DNA of 64,000 nucleotides from Octopus sinensis (lineage: Eukaryota), in contig NC_043007.1 of NCBI RefSeq assembly GCF_006345805.1, positions 58,342,001-58,406,000 on the forward strand, written 5' to 3'. Numbering within the stretch: position 1 is the stretch's first letter; each line of letters starts with the position of its first letter. Below, piece by piece: positions 11,500-24,475 of the stretch. The notes below the pieces were generated by a model. It did no database searches, was not told the origin of the DNA, and saw only the letters and a list, made by a program, of their open reading frames with translations. The translations under genes were made by a program, and so were the position numbers.

Positions 11500-13625
11500 G
11501 AGGGCTACTTACTTGTGTCGAAAGTTTTGGTTTCCTCGTCCTTTGATGTGTCTTGGAGGAGGTTTTTATAGAGTTTTTTCGATAGATACTTTTGGAACCC
11601 CCAACCGCATTTGCAAAGAGGGCTTTGAGTGTGTGGTGTTGTGTTTGTGTGATGTATAGTATTTTGATGTGTTTGGGTAATGTAGTGCGTGGATGGTTGT
11701 TAGTTTTGAAGTCATCTTCACAGATGTTTGTGTGGGCTGTGATATACTCCATTAGTTTTGAGTCTTTGGGGTTTATCGCTGATAGCATTGTGTGTGTTTT
11801 TGTGGTGTTGGTGCTGGTTTGGTTTCAGGGTTCAGATATCTCCCTGCTTTGGTTGCATTTGTTTGTTTGTCTCTTTTTTATCTATTTCTTTTACTCCGAG
11901 TTGCTATTTGCCATTCTGTTGCGCTTTCATCGTTGTGCGATTGTAGATATTGTTGTGGTGTGTGGGGTGTGTGTTGCTGGGGGATTGGGAGTGGTAATTG
12001 TCTCTTCTACATCCTCGGTGCTTGTCTTCTTCGTAGTTGTTCTTGGTGTTAGAATTGGTTTAGTTGTTATTGGTGGTGGTGATTCTGTTCTTGGCGCAGG
12101 TGGTGGTGTTTGGTTGGGTGGGTTGGTTGGTTCTTTGTTGCTTTTCTTGCATTTCCGCGTATAGCTGCTTGATCAGCCGTCCATACTGTGGTGTAGGTAA
12201 TAATGCTGGCTTTTTTGTTTTTTCCTGCGGCTGTTGTTGTTGTTGCTGTTGTTTCGCGGCAGATTTGCAATCCTTATTGAGGTGTGCTTCACTGCCGCAT
12301 ATATAGCAGCGTGGTCTTCTGCCCTCGACTACTACATACAATTTGTGGTCTTCCGCAAGATGTATATGGGTGGGTATTTTGTTAATGGCGTCTTGGTTTA
12401 TGTGGAGGAGAATCTCCAGTCTCTTTCCCACCCAGTTCTTATGTTCAGAAACAGCGATTTGCAGGATATTTATGTCCTCCATTCCGACGTATATGGGCGA
12501 TGTTATCCATAGTGTGTCTGCTATTTGAGGAACATTATTGATAATGACTTTTGTTACCCTCGGGCCAAGGTAGCTGAGTATCATTATTAGCTCATCTGAA
12601 TGAAGAGTTAGCGTTGAGAATTGTTTTGCTAACTCTTCATTTTGAAAAACTACTTGTACGTGGGCAAACTTGTTCGACCAAGTTACATACTCTTTGTATC
12701 CCTAGATGGGGCGTAGGCAATTTTCGATTTTGTCTGTGTTTGCTTTTTCTGGACTTTTAGTTGAGCTGTTTATTATTTTATATATAATTGTTTTCTTTTT
12801 TACGTTATCCAGTAGATGTTGTGGTATGTGTAATTGCACTTTGCCATTTTCTTTGGTGATTAGGGCTTTTGTATCTTTTGTCTGCTGTGCAGTAAACGAT
12901 ACTATTGTCTTTTTTTCTTTTATCGCCTCGGCGAAGTTTGTTGTTGTTTTGTTATTGTTGTTGCTGCTGGTGGTGTTGGTGCTGATGGCAGGGGTGAATG
13001 TTGTGGGTATGTTAGGCGTATGGTTGCTGATTATGCAACTAGCAAGGGGTGGAAAATTGTTTGCATAATTTGCCCCTGCGTTTGAGCAAATTTCGGCAAT
13101 TCGTTTGGTGGTCGCGGCTTTTTCTTTCTCTCCTTCAGTTGTTTGTGGTGGAGGGAGCAAGGGCTGAAGAGAATTGTTGTTCTTGTTGTTATTGTTGTTA
13201 TTGTCGTTCTTGGTGGAGGCGGTGGTGTTAGTGGCAAGGGAGGTAGCCGTAGCAGCAGATATTGAAGCGGTGGCATTCGTATTGACGGCACGATCTTTGG
13301 TGGCGGTGATGGTGATTGGTTTGGTGACCTTGATTTTGTTGTTGTTGTTGGTAGTGGTATCGTTAGCAGAGGAAGCAGTTGTAGTAGCAGAAGCCGCCAT
13401 GGTGGTGGTATCGGTGTTGATGGTGAAATTATTGATGGCGGTGACGGTGCTTGGCCTTACGACCTTTGTTTTGTAGTTGTTGCTGTTGTTGATGCTGATG
13501 GTGATGGTGGTGGTGTTAGTAGCGTTCAAACTGTCAGATTCAACGTATAGTGACAGAGAATCTTGCTCTTTTGTTTCGGCGTCACGCTTGACTTGCGCAT
13601 TGGCCACGTGGTGACCAGTAGCCAT
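11500..13625 (-). pseudogene. ORF1 (Thr/Asn-rich N-terminus, probable RRM-like region, CCHC knuckle) with an in-frame stop at 12702-12704 and frameshifts
   Basis: The 13625-12702 and 12584-12060 ORFs are in the same frame; zinc knuckle CYICGSEAHLNKDC. The RRM call is inferred from Tx1 ORF1 architecture. Confidence 0.8.
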
Positions 13626-13738
13626 TTTTGAAAATAAAAATGGCTAAAATAAAACAACGAAGCCTTCGAGAATTTTTTTAAATTTTGCCCACAAAGGGCG
13701 AAATTTTGTGTGGATGTTAATTAAAGTATGGGTTGGGG

Positions 13739-14114
13739 GATCTTTTCAACTGTGTGGCCAGGAGCCCAGATCTTTCTACTTAACTAAATAATTTGAAACT
13801 TCGTATGCTGGTACAGTGTTTCAAAACAAGACACAGGTTGGAACTAGTTTATTTGAGAAAAATCTATTTTATGACTTTAATCGTAGATTAAAACTGCGAA
13901 TTTTAACCAATGAGATTGCTTGTTTTCATATTTAATACGTTACTGCATTCTGTTAGTGTGACGTAGAAAGCAGTTTTGTGACATAGGCAACTGTGCACAT
14001 TTGAGGCTAACATATATAGATACATACACACACACACACAAACATACAGATACACATACACCGAGTATTCACTCGAAAAAACTAAACACTGAATCGGCCA
14101 TACATACATGTGTG

Positions 14115-14145
<31 letters not shown>

Positions 14146-14335
14146 CACACACACACACATACATACATAGATACATACACACACACACACATACATACAC
14201 ACACATACATACATAGATACATACACACATACACACATACATACAGATACACATACACCGAGTATTCACTCGAAAAAACTAAACACCGAATCGGCCATAC
14301 ATACATACATACATACATACACACACATACATACA

Positions 14336-14375
<40 letters not shown>

Positions 14376-14734
14376 TATACACATACACACATACATACAT
14401 ACATTCATACATACATACATTCATACATATACACATACACCGAGTAAAAAATTTCATCGTTATTGTTTTGTTTACATTTGTTTACATATCATATGTTTAC
14501 TACGTCACCAAATTGGTGGTCGAGACGGAGTAAATAATATGAAGCCGAAAGACGGAATACCATTGGTTAAAATTCTAATTATTAAACAATGTTAAACTTA
14601 GAAGTTACAATTCCGTTTTCATTCTGGTTTACAATTAAGTTTACTTTTGACACATTCTACCAGTATACGAAGTTTCAAATTGTTTGGTTCAGTAGGAAAA
14701 ATTTGAAAAAACTGGCTTCACAAATGAAAAGATC
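13739..14734. mobile_element. Non-autonomous element with about 88-bp inverted repeats around microsatellite-linked core repeats
   Basis: 13739-13826 is an imperfect reverse complement of 14645-14734. Core accgagtattcactcgaaaaaactaaacac.gaatcggcc occurs at about 14060 and 14257, with a partial copy at about 14439. Confidence 0.6.
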
Positions 14735-14845
14735 CGGGTTGGGTGTTGTTGTACACCTTTTAGACATAAAATGTTTGACAATCAACAATTTTATACGTAG
14801 AAAACTACCAACTTATTTGGAGCCCATTTGACTTGCGTCTGTCAT

Positions 14846-14940
<95 letters not shown>
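14846..14940. repeat. (GATA)n
   Basis: Direct reading. Confidence 0.95.
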
Positions 14941-14941
<1 letters not shown>

Positions 14942-15147
14942 TATTTCCTCTATTTTCATTCATTCATCGATTCCTAACTAGCAAAATGTTGCTTTTATAT
15001 ATTTCTTTTTTGACACCGTAACTTGGAGGCGTCATTAATTTGTATCTTTCCAGATGCAGCGAATCTCGTCGCTGTTGCCGTTTGTTGAAGCTGCTAATAC
15101 TGTCGATGCTGCTGGTGCCGATGCTAACTTACTGCACATTATACTTC

Positions 15148-15226
<79 letters not shown>

Positions 15227-15250
15227 TATTATTATTATTATTATTATTAT

Positions 15251-15820
15251 TGAGTGAACGAGCAGAGCATGCCATCAAAGTGACACTGGGGTAAAATATA
15301 CGAAGCCCAGCATACCCATCATGACTACCCGTCTGATAAAGGTACACCAGACACATGCATCACAACCATATGTGCGCGACATGGTGATCTCATATCAAGA
15401 TAAACAGCACATGACCTTGCAGGTGGGGCCCAGTTAGAATTTTCTTCAGGTCGAGTAGCCCATCCTGCTCAAAAGGTCCCTGAATAAGGGTTGCTTTAGG
15501 ATGTTGAACGAAACACCTATGTTTCCAGAGGTGAATTATTCAAACTCCAAAGAATCCCTCTCAACACATGGCTATGATGCTCCCCCACTACTTCTGCTCG
15601 TGATCAGAGATGCACGTATTGTCAGCCACTAAGGGACATGCTCAACTGGTTAAGGTCAAACAACTGACAAGCAAATCTCTGGTATTGAGCAGAATATTTG
15701 CTGTAGCCCATCTTTTATACCAAGACAAAACAATGTACATGATGACACTTCCAATCAGTTAAGATCAGAAGCCATGAGAGCCACTGCCTGGTACTGCATC
15801 AGGGCATTTATTATTATTAT

Positions 15821-15828
<8 letters not shown>
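15251..15828. mobile_element. About 580-bp non-coding interspersed element embedded in (ATT)n
   Basis: High-complexity block with sharp boundaries and (ATT)n on both sides (15148-15250 and 15829-15967); no ORF. Confidence 0.6.
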
Positions 15829-15898
<70 letters not shown>

Positions 15899-15899
15899 T

Positions 15900-15969
<70 letters not shown>

Positions 15970-15970
15970 G

Positions 15971-16170
15971 AGGCGGTGAGCTGGAAGATTCGTTAGCACA
16001 CCGGACAAAATGCTTTGCATAATTTCGTATGACTTCACGTTCTGTGATCAAATTCTGCCGAGGTCGACTTTGCCTTTCATCCTTTCGAAATCGATAAAAT
16101 AAATACCAGTTACTCACTGAGATGGATGTAATCGACTTAACCCCTCTCTAAAAATTGCTGGCCTTGTTTC
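15971..16170 (+). mobile_element. SINE family B, tail Y
   Basis: tRNA-like head GGCGGTGAGCTGG, core gtcgactttgcctttcatcc, tail aaaattgctggccttg. Confidence 0.85.
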
Positions 16171-17039
16171 TTCTTCGTCCGCAAACTTCAAGATGTTTTC
16201 TTTCCCTTCTTTTTGCCTATTTTTTATGTGGTTTTCTTCTACATCTTCTTGTTTTCTTTTCTAATTCTACCTTTCCTTTGTTCTCTTCTAAGCTTCTTTT
16301 TGTTTCCTACCCACCCACCCACACACACATACACCTTTCTTATTTTTATATTAGCTTTCATCTTCTCTGAGAGCATCTGATAGAAAAGCAGCTAAATCTA
16401 CCTCTAAATCAGGATAATGTACACCTGGATGGACTTTTATTGGCCATGATTGTAACATCTTCCGTCATACTTCTTTTAGTTAAAAAAACAGTAGGGGTTG
16501 CGACAAGAACAGTGATCGTTATATCAATCACCATCAGTTTGTAACGGTTGTAAGATTTAGTTGTGTCCTCTTCACAAGTACTGTTGGTAATGTTTATTTT
16601 ATGATTGTGTCATGTTGCTTTTGTGGTCACTAGGTTATTCTAAGGTTCTGTTTGTGGAAGTAGTACAAATCTAATATTGTATATCTAGTCTACCTATGGA
16701 TGTGTTTAGGTTGCGTATGGCTGTCTTGAAGTTTACAGATAGAAGAGCAGTCATTTAGAAGTGCTTATAGCTATGTTTGGGTAAAAGCAACACTGAGCTG
16801 ATTAATGTACAAAATAAATAGTGTAAAAGATAGATGCACATCCAAGTTGATACAATGAGAGCACGTCACCGACGTATGCTGTGAATATGCATTTTGAAAA
16901 GAAACCTCAGATCCAAGATCTAGGAAATGGTGGGGAGTTATTAAGAGGATCTCAATAAGAAAACTATAGCGATAAGGTAAAGTTACTGAAGGTAATGAAA
17001 ATAAGTGTTGCTGTTTGGGGTGATAAGATGGAATGTGCT

Positions 17040-17647
17040 CAACAAATTTGTTTCAAACTTTGGCACAAGGCCAGCAATTTTATGAGAGAGTTTACGTCGG
17101 TTACATTGACTCCAGCACTCAATAGGTACTTATTTCATCCACCCCGAAATTATTAAAGGCAAAACCGACCTTTGCGGAATTTGAACTTAGAACGTGAAGA
17201 CGGACGAAATGTCAAGCGTGCTAACGATTCTTATTTCTTTATTGCCCACAAAGGGCTAAACATACAGGGACATACAAGGACAGACAAACGGTTTAAGTTG
17301 ATTACAGCAACCCCGGTGCGTAACTGGTACTTATTTATCGACCCCAAAAGGATGAAAAGCAAAGTCGACCTCGGTGGTATTTGAACTCAGAACGTAAAGA
17401 CGGACGAAATACCTATTTCTTTACTACCCACAAAGGGCTACACATACAGGGGACAAACAAGGACAGACAAACGGTTTAAGTTGATTACATCAACCCCAGT
17501 GCGTAACTGGTACTTAATTTATCCACCTCGAAAGAATGATAGGCAAAGTCGACCTCAGCGGAATTTGAACTCAGAACGTAATGGCAGGCAAAATACTGCT
17601 AAGCATTCCGTCCGGCGTGCTAACGTTTCTCCCAGCTCGCCGCCTTA
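17040..17647 (-). mobile_element. Tandem array of three SINE family B units
   Basis: One full head followed by repeated bodies restarting at atttcgtc; tails X, X, Y. Confidence 0.9.
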
Positions 17648-18278
17648 ATGCGTGCAATTAATTATTTTGTGTTCGTATGGTTTAAGGTATATCGATTTTG
17701 CAGGTATTCTGAAAATGATGCTGCTATTTACTTTCATGGTGATCATCTCAGTTCTTCGCCACTAGAGCTGAATTACTGTTGTATATGAAATATCGGATTG
17801 TTTTTGGTTTGTGTGGGTTGATTGATTGAAGAATGGAGAAAGATATATTTATAAGGATGTCTTAGATGGTTTATAACTAAATGACAGTTTTTTTACTAAG
17901 GGTATCCATCTAGAACTTTCGGAGTCCTGACTGGTTAGCTGCCTTAAAATATGAGTATTCTAGAAAAGATTATTGTAGATTGAAATTGTGTGGATTGCAT
18001 AGATCTCACGGTGAGACTATATTAACGAGTGTAAGTAAAAAATCAAAGATGTTTGTAAAATGGTTCTATTAATCAAGGAAATGGCTCGGTACTGCAGCTA
18101 CAGTTAAGAAAGGTCAGGGCATCAAACATTTTTTCTTTATGATATCTATGTCGATTGTGTGAGTAGTGAGTGGAGGAGGTAGAAGTTGTGTTCAACAAAT
18201 GTCACGGAAAGAGAAACGATTTGGAAGTAATAAAACAAGAGACAACGATTGTTTGTATGACAAGAGAATTATTAAAGA

Positions 18279-18695
18279 AGGCGGCAAGCTGGTAGAGGCG
18301 TTAGCACGCCGGGCGAAATGCTTAGCGGTATTTCGTCTGCCGTTACGTTCTGAGTTCAAATTCCGCCGAGGTCGACTTTACCTTTCATCCTTTCAGGGTC
18401 GATTAAATAAGTACCAGTTCCGCACTGGGGGTCGATATAATCGACTTAATCTCTTTGTCCTTGTTCGTCTCCTCTGTGCTTAGCCCCTTGTGGGCAGTAG
18501 AAAAATAGACATTTCGTCTGCCGTTACGTTCTGAGATCAATTTCCGCCGAGGTCGACTTTGCCTTTCATCCTTTCGGGGTCGATTAAATAAGTACCAGTT
18601 ACGCACTGGGGTCGATATAATCGACTTAATCCCTTTGTCTGTCCTTGTTCGTCCCCTGTATGTTTAGCCCCTTGTGGGCTAATAAAGAAATAAGA
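18279..18695 (+). mobile_element. Tandem dimer of SINE family B
   Basis: Head plus body, then a second body restarting at atttcgtctgccgtt (18511); ends ggctaataaagaaataaga. Confidence 0.9.
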
Positions 18696-18964
18696 GAAGT
18701 ATTAAAGTCGTTGAAGAGAAAGGAAAGACATTACGCTAACATAGAAGTTACCTCCGGGTAAGAGAGAGTTATTGAAAGCAAAGAGAACTCCGAGTGGAAA
18801 CGACATCCATTTGACAGATGTTGAAGTAAAGTGTATCACCTGGAAAGCAGAGGTAGTTGATAGATTTTAAGGATGAGAAGGTTGTGTTTGGAAGAAGAAA
18901 TTTTTGACGTAGAATTCAGTAATGGGTTAATGAATAGTGTTTAAGGTAATCCAGAATCTTTGAA

Positions 18965-19140
18965 TATTGGTTTCAAATTTTGTCACAAGGCCAGCAAGTT
19001 CGATTACAACAACCCCTGTACTCAACTGGTACTTATTTTATCGAACCCGAAAGGATGAAAGGTAAAATCGGCCTCGGTAGAATTTGAACTGTTAAGCATT
19101 TTGCCCGCCGTGCTACCGATTCTGCCTCCCGCCCTATGCC
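18965..19140 (-). mobile_element. SINE family B, tail Y
   Basis: Core and tail homology to the other family B copies. Confidence 0.75.
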
Positions 19141-19889
19141 TACGGGTATTTGTCGAGCAGATGATTTCTTTGCCGTAGACTTTAACGATAAAAAATTAAA
19201 CTCGTCAGAAAAGGGAGAGAGACAAAAACTAAATTCATAAATATTCCACCAATCTTGAATACAAAGCAGTTAAAAGAAATGGCTTGATCACCACCAGTGA
19301 TGGGAAACGAACCATCAATATTTTGGTCATTAATTCTTCGCTGACATTACTCGGCCACCGGCGACGAGATTTTACACCGCAGCAACAACATATCTCAAAA
19401 TATAGAGATATCTATGTAATCCATTATCCCACGGTGAAATACCATAATGGATGTTTGGTTTTAAAGAGGAAAAAAATAGTAACCTACTCTACTTGAAGTA
19501 GTTGAGGTTTCTACCACTTGCTAAAGATCACAGTTACAACTATTTCTCTTAAAACACACATAACTCCACAAAATTTCTTCCTTTCTCAAGTGACATTTTC
19601 CATTTCAGATATTGCTATTACAATCTAATTTGTTGTGCAGGAAAGTGGGTAAAAAAAATATTGTTGATTTGTTTAAATCTTTGTTATTTATTTATTTATT
19701 TATATTGGTTACTTAATTATTGTTTCTCGTTTGATTCGTTTTTCTTGTCCTTCATGTTTTTGTTTCTAGTTTTTGTTCTATTTTCTTATTTTGGAGGGTG
19801 GCCGAGGAGTGGGGTTAGATTTTCGTGTTTGCTTTCGTATTTTTTGTTAATTTTATATTTCAACAATCCGAAAGTATACAAAAGAGATT

Positions 19890-20322
19890 CGTGATCATCA
19901 CCATCATAATCATCAACCGTGTTATCATTCTCCTCATCGCCATCATCATCATCATTATCATCATCATCATCATCATTATCACCATCATCATCACCAACAT
20001 CATCATCACCACCATCATCATCATCGTCGTCACCATCATCATCGTCATCATCATTATCATCATCATCGTCGTCGTCGTTATCATCGTCATCATCATTATT
20101 ATTATTACCATCATCATCTTTTGGATTGCGCCACTTGCCTAAGGCTTCATGCCTATTTAAGCAATCGTTTTCATCTTCACCACTGTCATCAGTTCCATCG
20201 TTATCGGTAAACACGATCATCGTCGCCGTTACCGCTATCGTTATCGTCAACATCACCATCAGCATCAGAGGCATCCCCACCAACACCACTACCAGCACCC
20301 CCACCAACCATTATTGCCATCA

Positions 20323-20353
<31 letters not shown>

Positions 20354-20360
20354 CATCATC
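19890..20360. repeat. (CAT/ATC)n degenerate trinucleotide tract
   Basis: Direct reading. Confidence 0.9.
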
Positions 20361-20825
20361 ACCACAACGAATATTTCCATTTTGTACAGACGCATACAAA
20401 TGATCCTTACCCGCCCCAACTACCCTCTCAAACCCTCTGCCTCCACCCTCTGGTCGGACCAACCTTGCACCACTTTTAAATTTCAAAACTTAAATCCTTC
20501 AAGTGACCGATAAAAGATTATTAAGAAAGTGTTTCTCCCAATATCGCCAATCGACTTCCATTACAAATATTCAACAACAAAAACAACGATAATAACAACA
20601 AAAGGAAAAGCGAACACCTAAAGAGAAAACCAAAACACACACTACAATGATATGAAAACTTTAAAAATGGCGAAAAGAAATGAAAATAGAAAAAGAGGCA
20701 GAAAATTCAAACAAAACAAAACAAAACATGAAACATGAAATACTTAAGTGATGCGTAAATGTGTGTACGTGAGTGCGTGTGTGTGCGTATGTGTGTATGT
20801 ATAAACAGTTATGTATGTATCTGTA

Positions 20826-20901
<76 letters not shown>

Positions 20902-20977
20902 TATATACATACACATGCACATATACTCGTACATATATGTATATATATTTATTTATACTTATATATTTGTGTGTGTG

Positions 20978-21013
<36 letters not shown>

Positions 21014-21522
21014 ATGTATAAATATATATGCTTGTGCGTGTGTGTGAGTGTGTGTATGCTCCCATATATACATATCTACATAGACACGTTCGCAGACACA
21101 CATACAGGAAGAAAATGAATACAAAAATAGGAAAAAAGTTTTAAAATCAAACCATAAAATTTAAATTTAAAGAAAATAAAACGAGGAAGAGTAAAACAAC
21201 AACAACAACAGCAACAATAGCAACAACAACGAATAGTCAAACAATTAAACAGAAAATTGAAGAATATGAAGAATATGAAATAAAAGGAAGAATTACGACA
21301 AGAAGAATAACAACTGCAATAACAACAAGAACAAGGATCACTTCAACAAAAATTCGTGGTGGAAACTTTTAAGTTGCGTTCTCTGTTTTCGCTTTAACAT
21401 CCTATCGAAACACTTTCATTGGTAATTTGTTTCGTTTCAGCTTTAGAATTAAGGCTTCAATATTTCGCGGAGCACTGGATATTCCATTTTAAATTTACAA
21501 GGATAAATCTATCAATGTTATT

Positions 21523-21555
<33 letters not shown>

Positions 21556-22257
21556 ATGATAATAATAATAAAAATAAATAATGCAGATACATAAATAATA
21601 ATAATAGTAATGATGATGATGATGATGTTGATGATGATCGTGGTGGTGATGATGATGAGGATGATGATGATGATTACGGCGACGTCGACGATCGTGGCGG
21701 TGATGATGATGACGACGACGACGACGACGACGATGATGATGATGATGATGATATGATAGTACTAAAATGTGTCTTTATTATTGCTAAATTGTTGAAGAAT
21801 TGAATATTGATAAAAAAAATGTGAGAAGGGATAAATATCTAAAAGCAGAAGGACAAAGAGAGAGAGGGGGGGAGAGAGAAAGAGAGAAAGCGAGAGAGAC
21901 AAAGAGATATAGTGAAACATAAACACAGAGAGAGAGAGAGGGAGAGAGAGAGAAAGATGTGTGTACAACAGACGTAGAAATAAACAGAAGCAGATAGAGA
22001 GGAGGATTCATAGAATGAAAATTAGATAAAGAGGGTGGAACAAGGAAATGAGAGAAAGGGATGTCTAGGAGTGAAAAAAAAGTGAGAAAGAAATAAATAA
22101 AGAAAGAAAGAATGAGTGTTAGGGAAGGAGGGAGATAATTAAAGAGAAAGAGTGAGACTTAGAGAGAGGAAGAGGGAGAGTAAAATAAAAAGAAAGAGAG
22201 AGAAAAGAGACAAACGAATATTCAAAATAAATATGCATATAAATGCAGTTGTTAAAC

Positions 22258-22292
<35 letters not shown>

Positions 22293-22376
22293 CATGTATA
22301 TACATACATATATATACATATAAATGCATGTGTATACTGATGTATACATGCATAAATATATAAATGTATATATATA

Positions 22377-22416
<40 letters not shown>

Positions 22417-22968
22417 TGTATATATATATATATGTATATATATATGTTTATATACATATATATATTTATATATATATCTATGTATGTATGTATGTATACA
22501 AATATATAAATGTGTGTGTATTATATGTGTATCCGTATTATGAGTGAATATATGTGTATGTACATTTGCGTGTATATATATATATATATATATACATACA
22601 CATACACATATACACACACATATATGTATATACATACACATATACACCCACATATTTGAGAGGATGAGGCATATTTAACGAAAATATTCCTAAGAATAAA
22701 ATACTTTACTTAAAGCCATTAAAACATTTTAATTTATGTATTTATTAATATTTTGATATTTTTTGAATACACTGAACAATACTGGGCCAGGTGTGTGTGT
22801 GTGTGTTTGCGTGTCTGCGCGCGCGCGGGTGTGTGTGTAATTTCAGATATTTTTCTTTAGATATTTTCTTGTTTGTATATTTATTTTATGTATATCTTTG
22901 TAGTTGAATTTGTTCTGTTTGTGTGTGTATTTTTGTGTGCACGTATCTTTGTATTTATCAAACTTACA

Positions 22969-23028
<60 letters not shown>

Positions 23029-23865
23029 CATACATACATACATACATACATACATACATACATACATACATACATACATACAGACAGACAGACATACATA
23101 CATATATATTTATATATAACGTTCATAGACAGACATATACCGAATGGGAAAGAGAGGAACAGAAAGAGAGAAAACTGGCGAATCTTTTTCCATTCTTATA
23201 TTCACCATTATCAAATTCATAATTATCCCTGAATATAAACTGATAGATTTATTGCTGAATGTTTGTTTCTCTGTGTGTGGTTATATGTGTTTATGTTTAT
23301 GCATCTGTGTGTTTATTTATGTACGTTCATGTGTTTATGTATGTATGTATGTATGTATGTATGTATGTATGTATGTATGTATGTATGTATGTATGTGCTG
23401 GTCGGTTGACATAATGAGCGTTCGTGCTTATGTGTGTCTCTATGTATTTGTGTATTAGTGAATGTGCGAGTCCATGTGTTGGTCTATGGGCGTGCGAGTG
23501 TATCTTTGATGAAATATTTTCTTAATAATACATTTTCTCTAACTTTATATTTCCGAATGTGCTTTCTCTGTAGAGTGATGTTAATCTCACCAAAAATGCT
23601 GCAATTGTGACACGGTTTCAATACCCAATTAAGCATTTCACACAATTTGCTACTCGAAAATTTTTCTTCCTTCCTTCGATATTCATTATTTTAATATATT
23701 CTTCAATAGAAGAGATAAGTGGTTGAATTTATAGAGTACAGAAAAATCGGACGAAGTGTCACTCTTTCGATTTCTGTCAAAATCCCGGCTCTCTGACCAT
23801 GGTTAATGATATCTCTAAAAAGATATTGAGACAAAAGTATATGGATGTGGATATAAATATTAAAA

Positions 23866-24193
23866 TACACCTTCTCCTCGACTTCGGACCTATGCGACTT
23901 ACGACCATCCACACTTACGACCACAATAAATAAATAAATATAAAAATAAATAAATATTCGATTTTCGGATGTTGTGCAGGTGCGCGTACGATAACTATGG
24001 TTGCATCTGGCAACACAGGCTTCCCTCAGACCCAAGCATCTACTGCCTGCCAATGTCTCTCACTCAATCACTTTCAAGCATCAGTAGCATGAATGAAAAT
24101 AGTATTGAAAAATATCAATCCGACATACGACCAGATCGACTTACAACTTGTCAGTCGGAATGTAACTCGGTCGTATGTCGAGGAGAAAGTGTA
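23866..24193. mobile_element. MITE with pogo/Tigger-like TIRs
   Basis: TIRs tacac(c/t)ttctcctcgac(t/a)t..gacc at 23866-23890 and 24169-24193, TA at both ends, and internal cgac(t/a)tacgacc repeats. Confidence 0.65.
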
Positions 24194-24289
24194 TATCGAC
24201 AGAGAGAAATAGAGAAATATATGAATATATGTATGCTCGAATGTGCATCCGTGTACGTAATTATTCCTTTCTACTATAAGCACAAAACC

Positions 24290-24475
24290 TGAAATGTGTT
24301 GGAAGGGAGCAAGTCGATTACATCGATCCAGTATTCAACTGATACTTAGTTTATCGATTCCGAAAGGATGAAAGGCAAAGTTGACCTCGGTGGAATTTGA
24401 GCTCAGAATGTAAAGACGGACGAAATACCGTTAAGCATTTTGCCCGGCATGATTAACGATTCTACCTGCTCGCCA
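24290..24475 (-). mobile_element. SINE family B
   Basis: Core homology to the other family B copies. Confidence 0.8.

Larger units (their letters stand above)
7613..13700 (-). mobile_element. Near-full-length L1-superfamily (Tx1-like) LINE, inactivated
   Basis: Two-ORF layout, APE endonuclease, RT, C-terminal CCHC motif and a 3'UTR of about 390 bp with AATAAA. The 5' boundary is approximate. Confidence 0.92.
16380..18960 (-). mobile_element. Possible very decayed CR1/Jockey-type LINE interrupted by SINEs
   Basis: A QYRAISL peptide (YRPISL-like) near 18100 and a C/A-rich minus strand. Weak evidence. Confidence 0.3.

Noticed and set aside
13990-14445. Repeat-spacer pattern resembling a CRISPR array
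   Set aside because: The spacers are microsatellites, there are fewer than three full repeats, there are no cas genes, and the context is eukaryotic.
23703-24053. CVARCNHSYRTRTC resembling a thrombospondin type 1 exon
   Set aside because: It lacks the WxxW motif, lies inside a TIR-bounded MITE, and has no partner exons.
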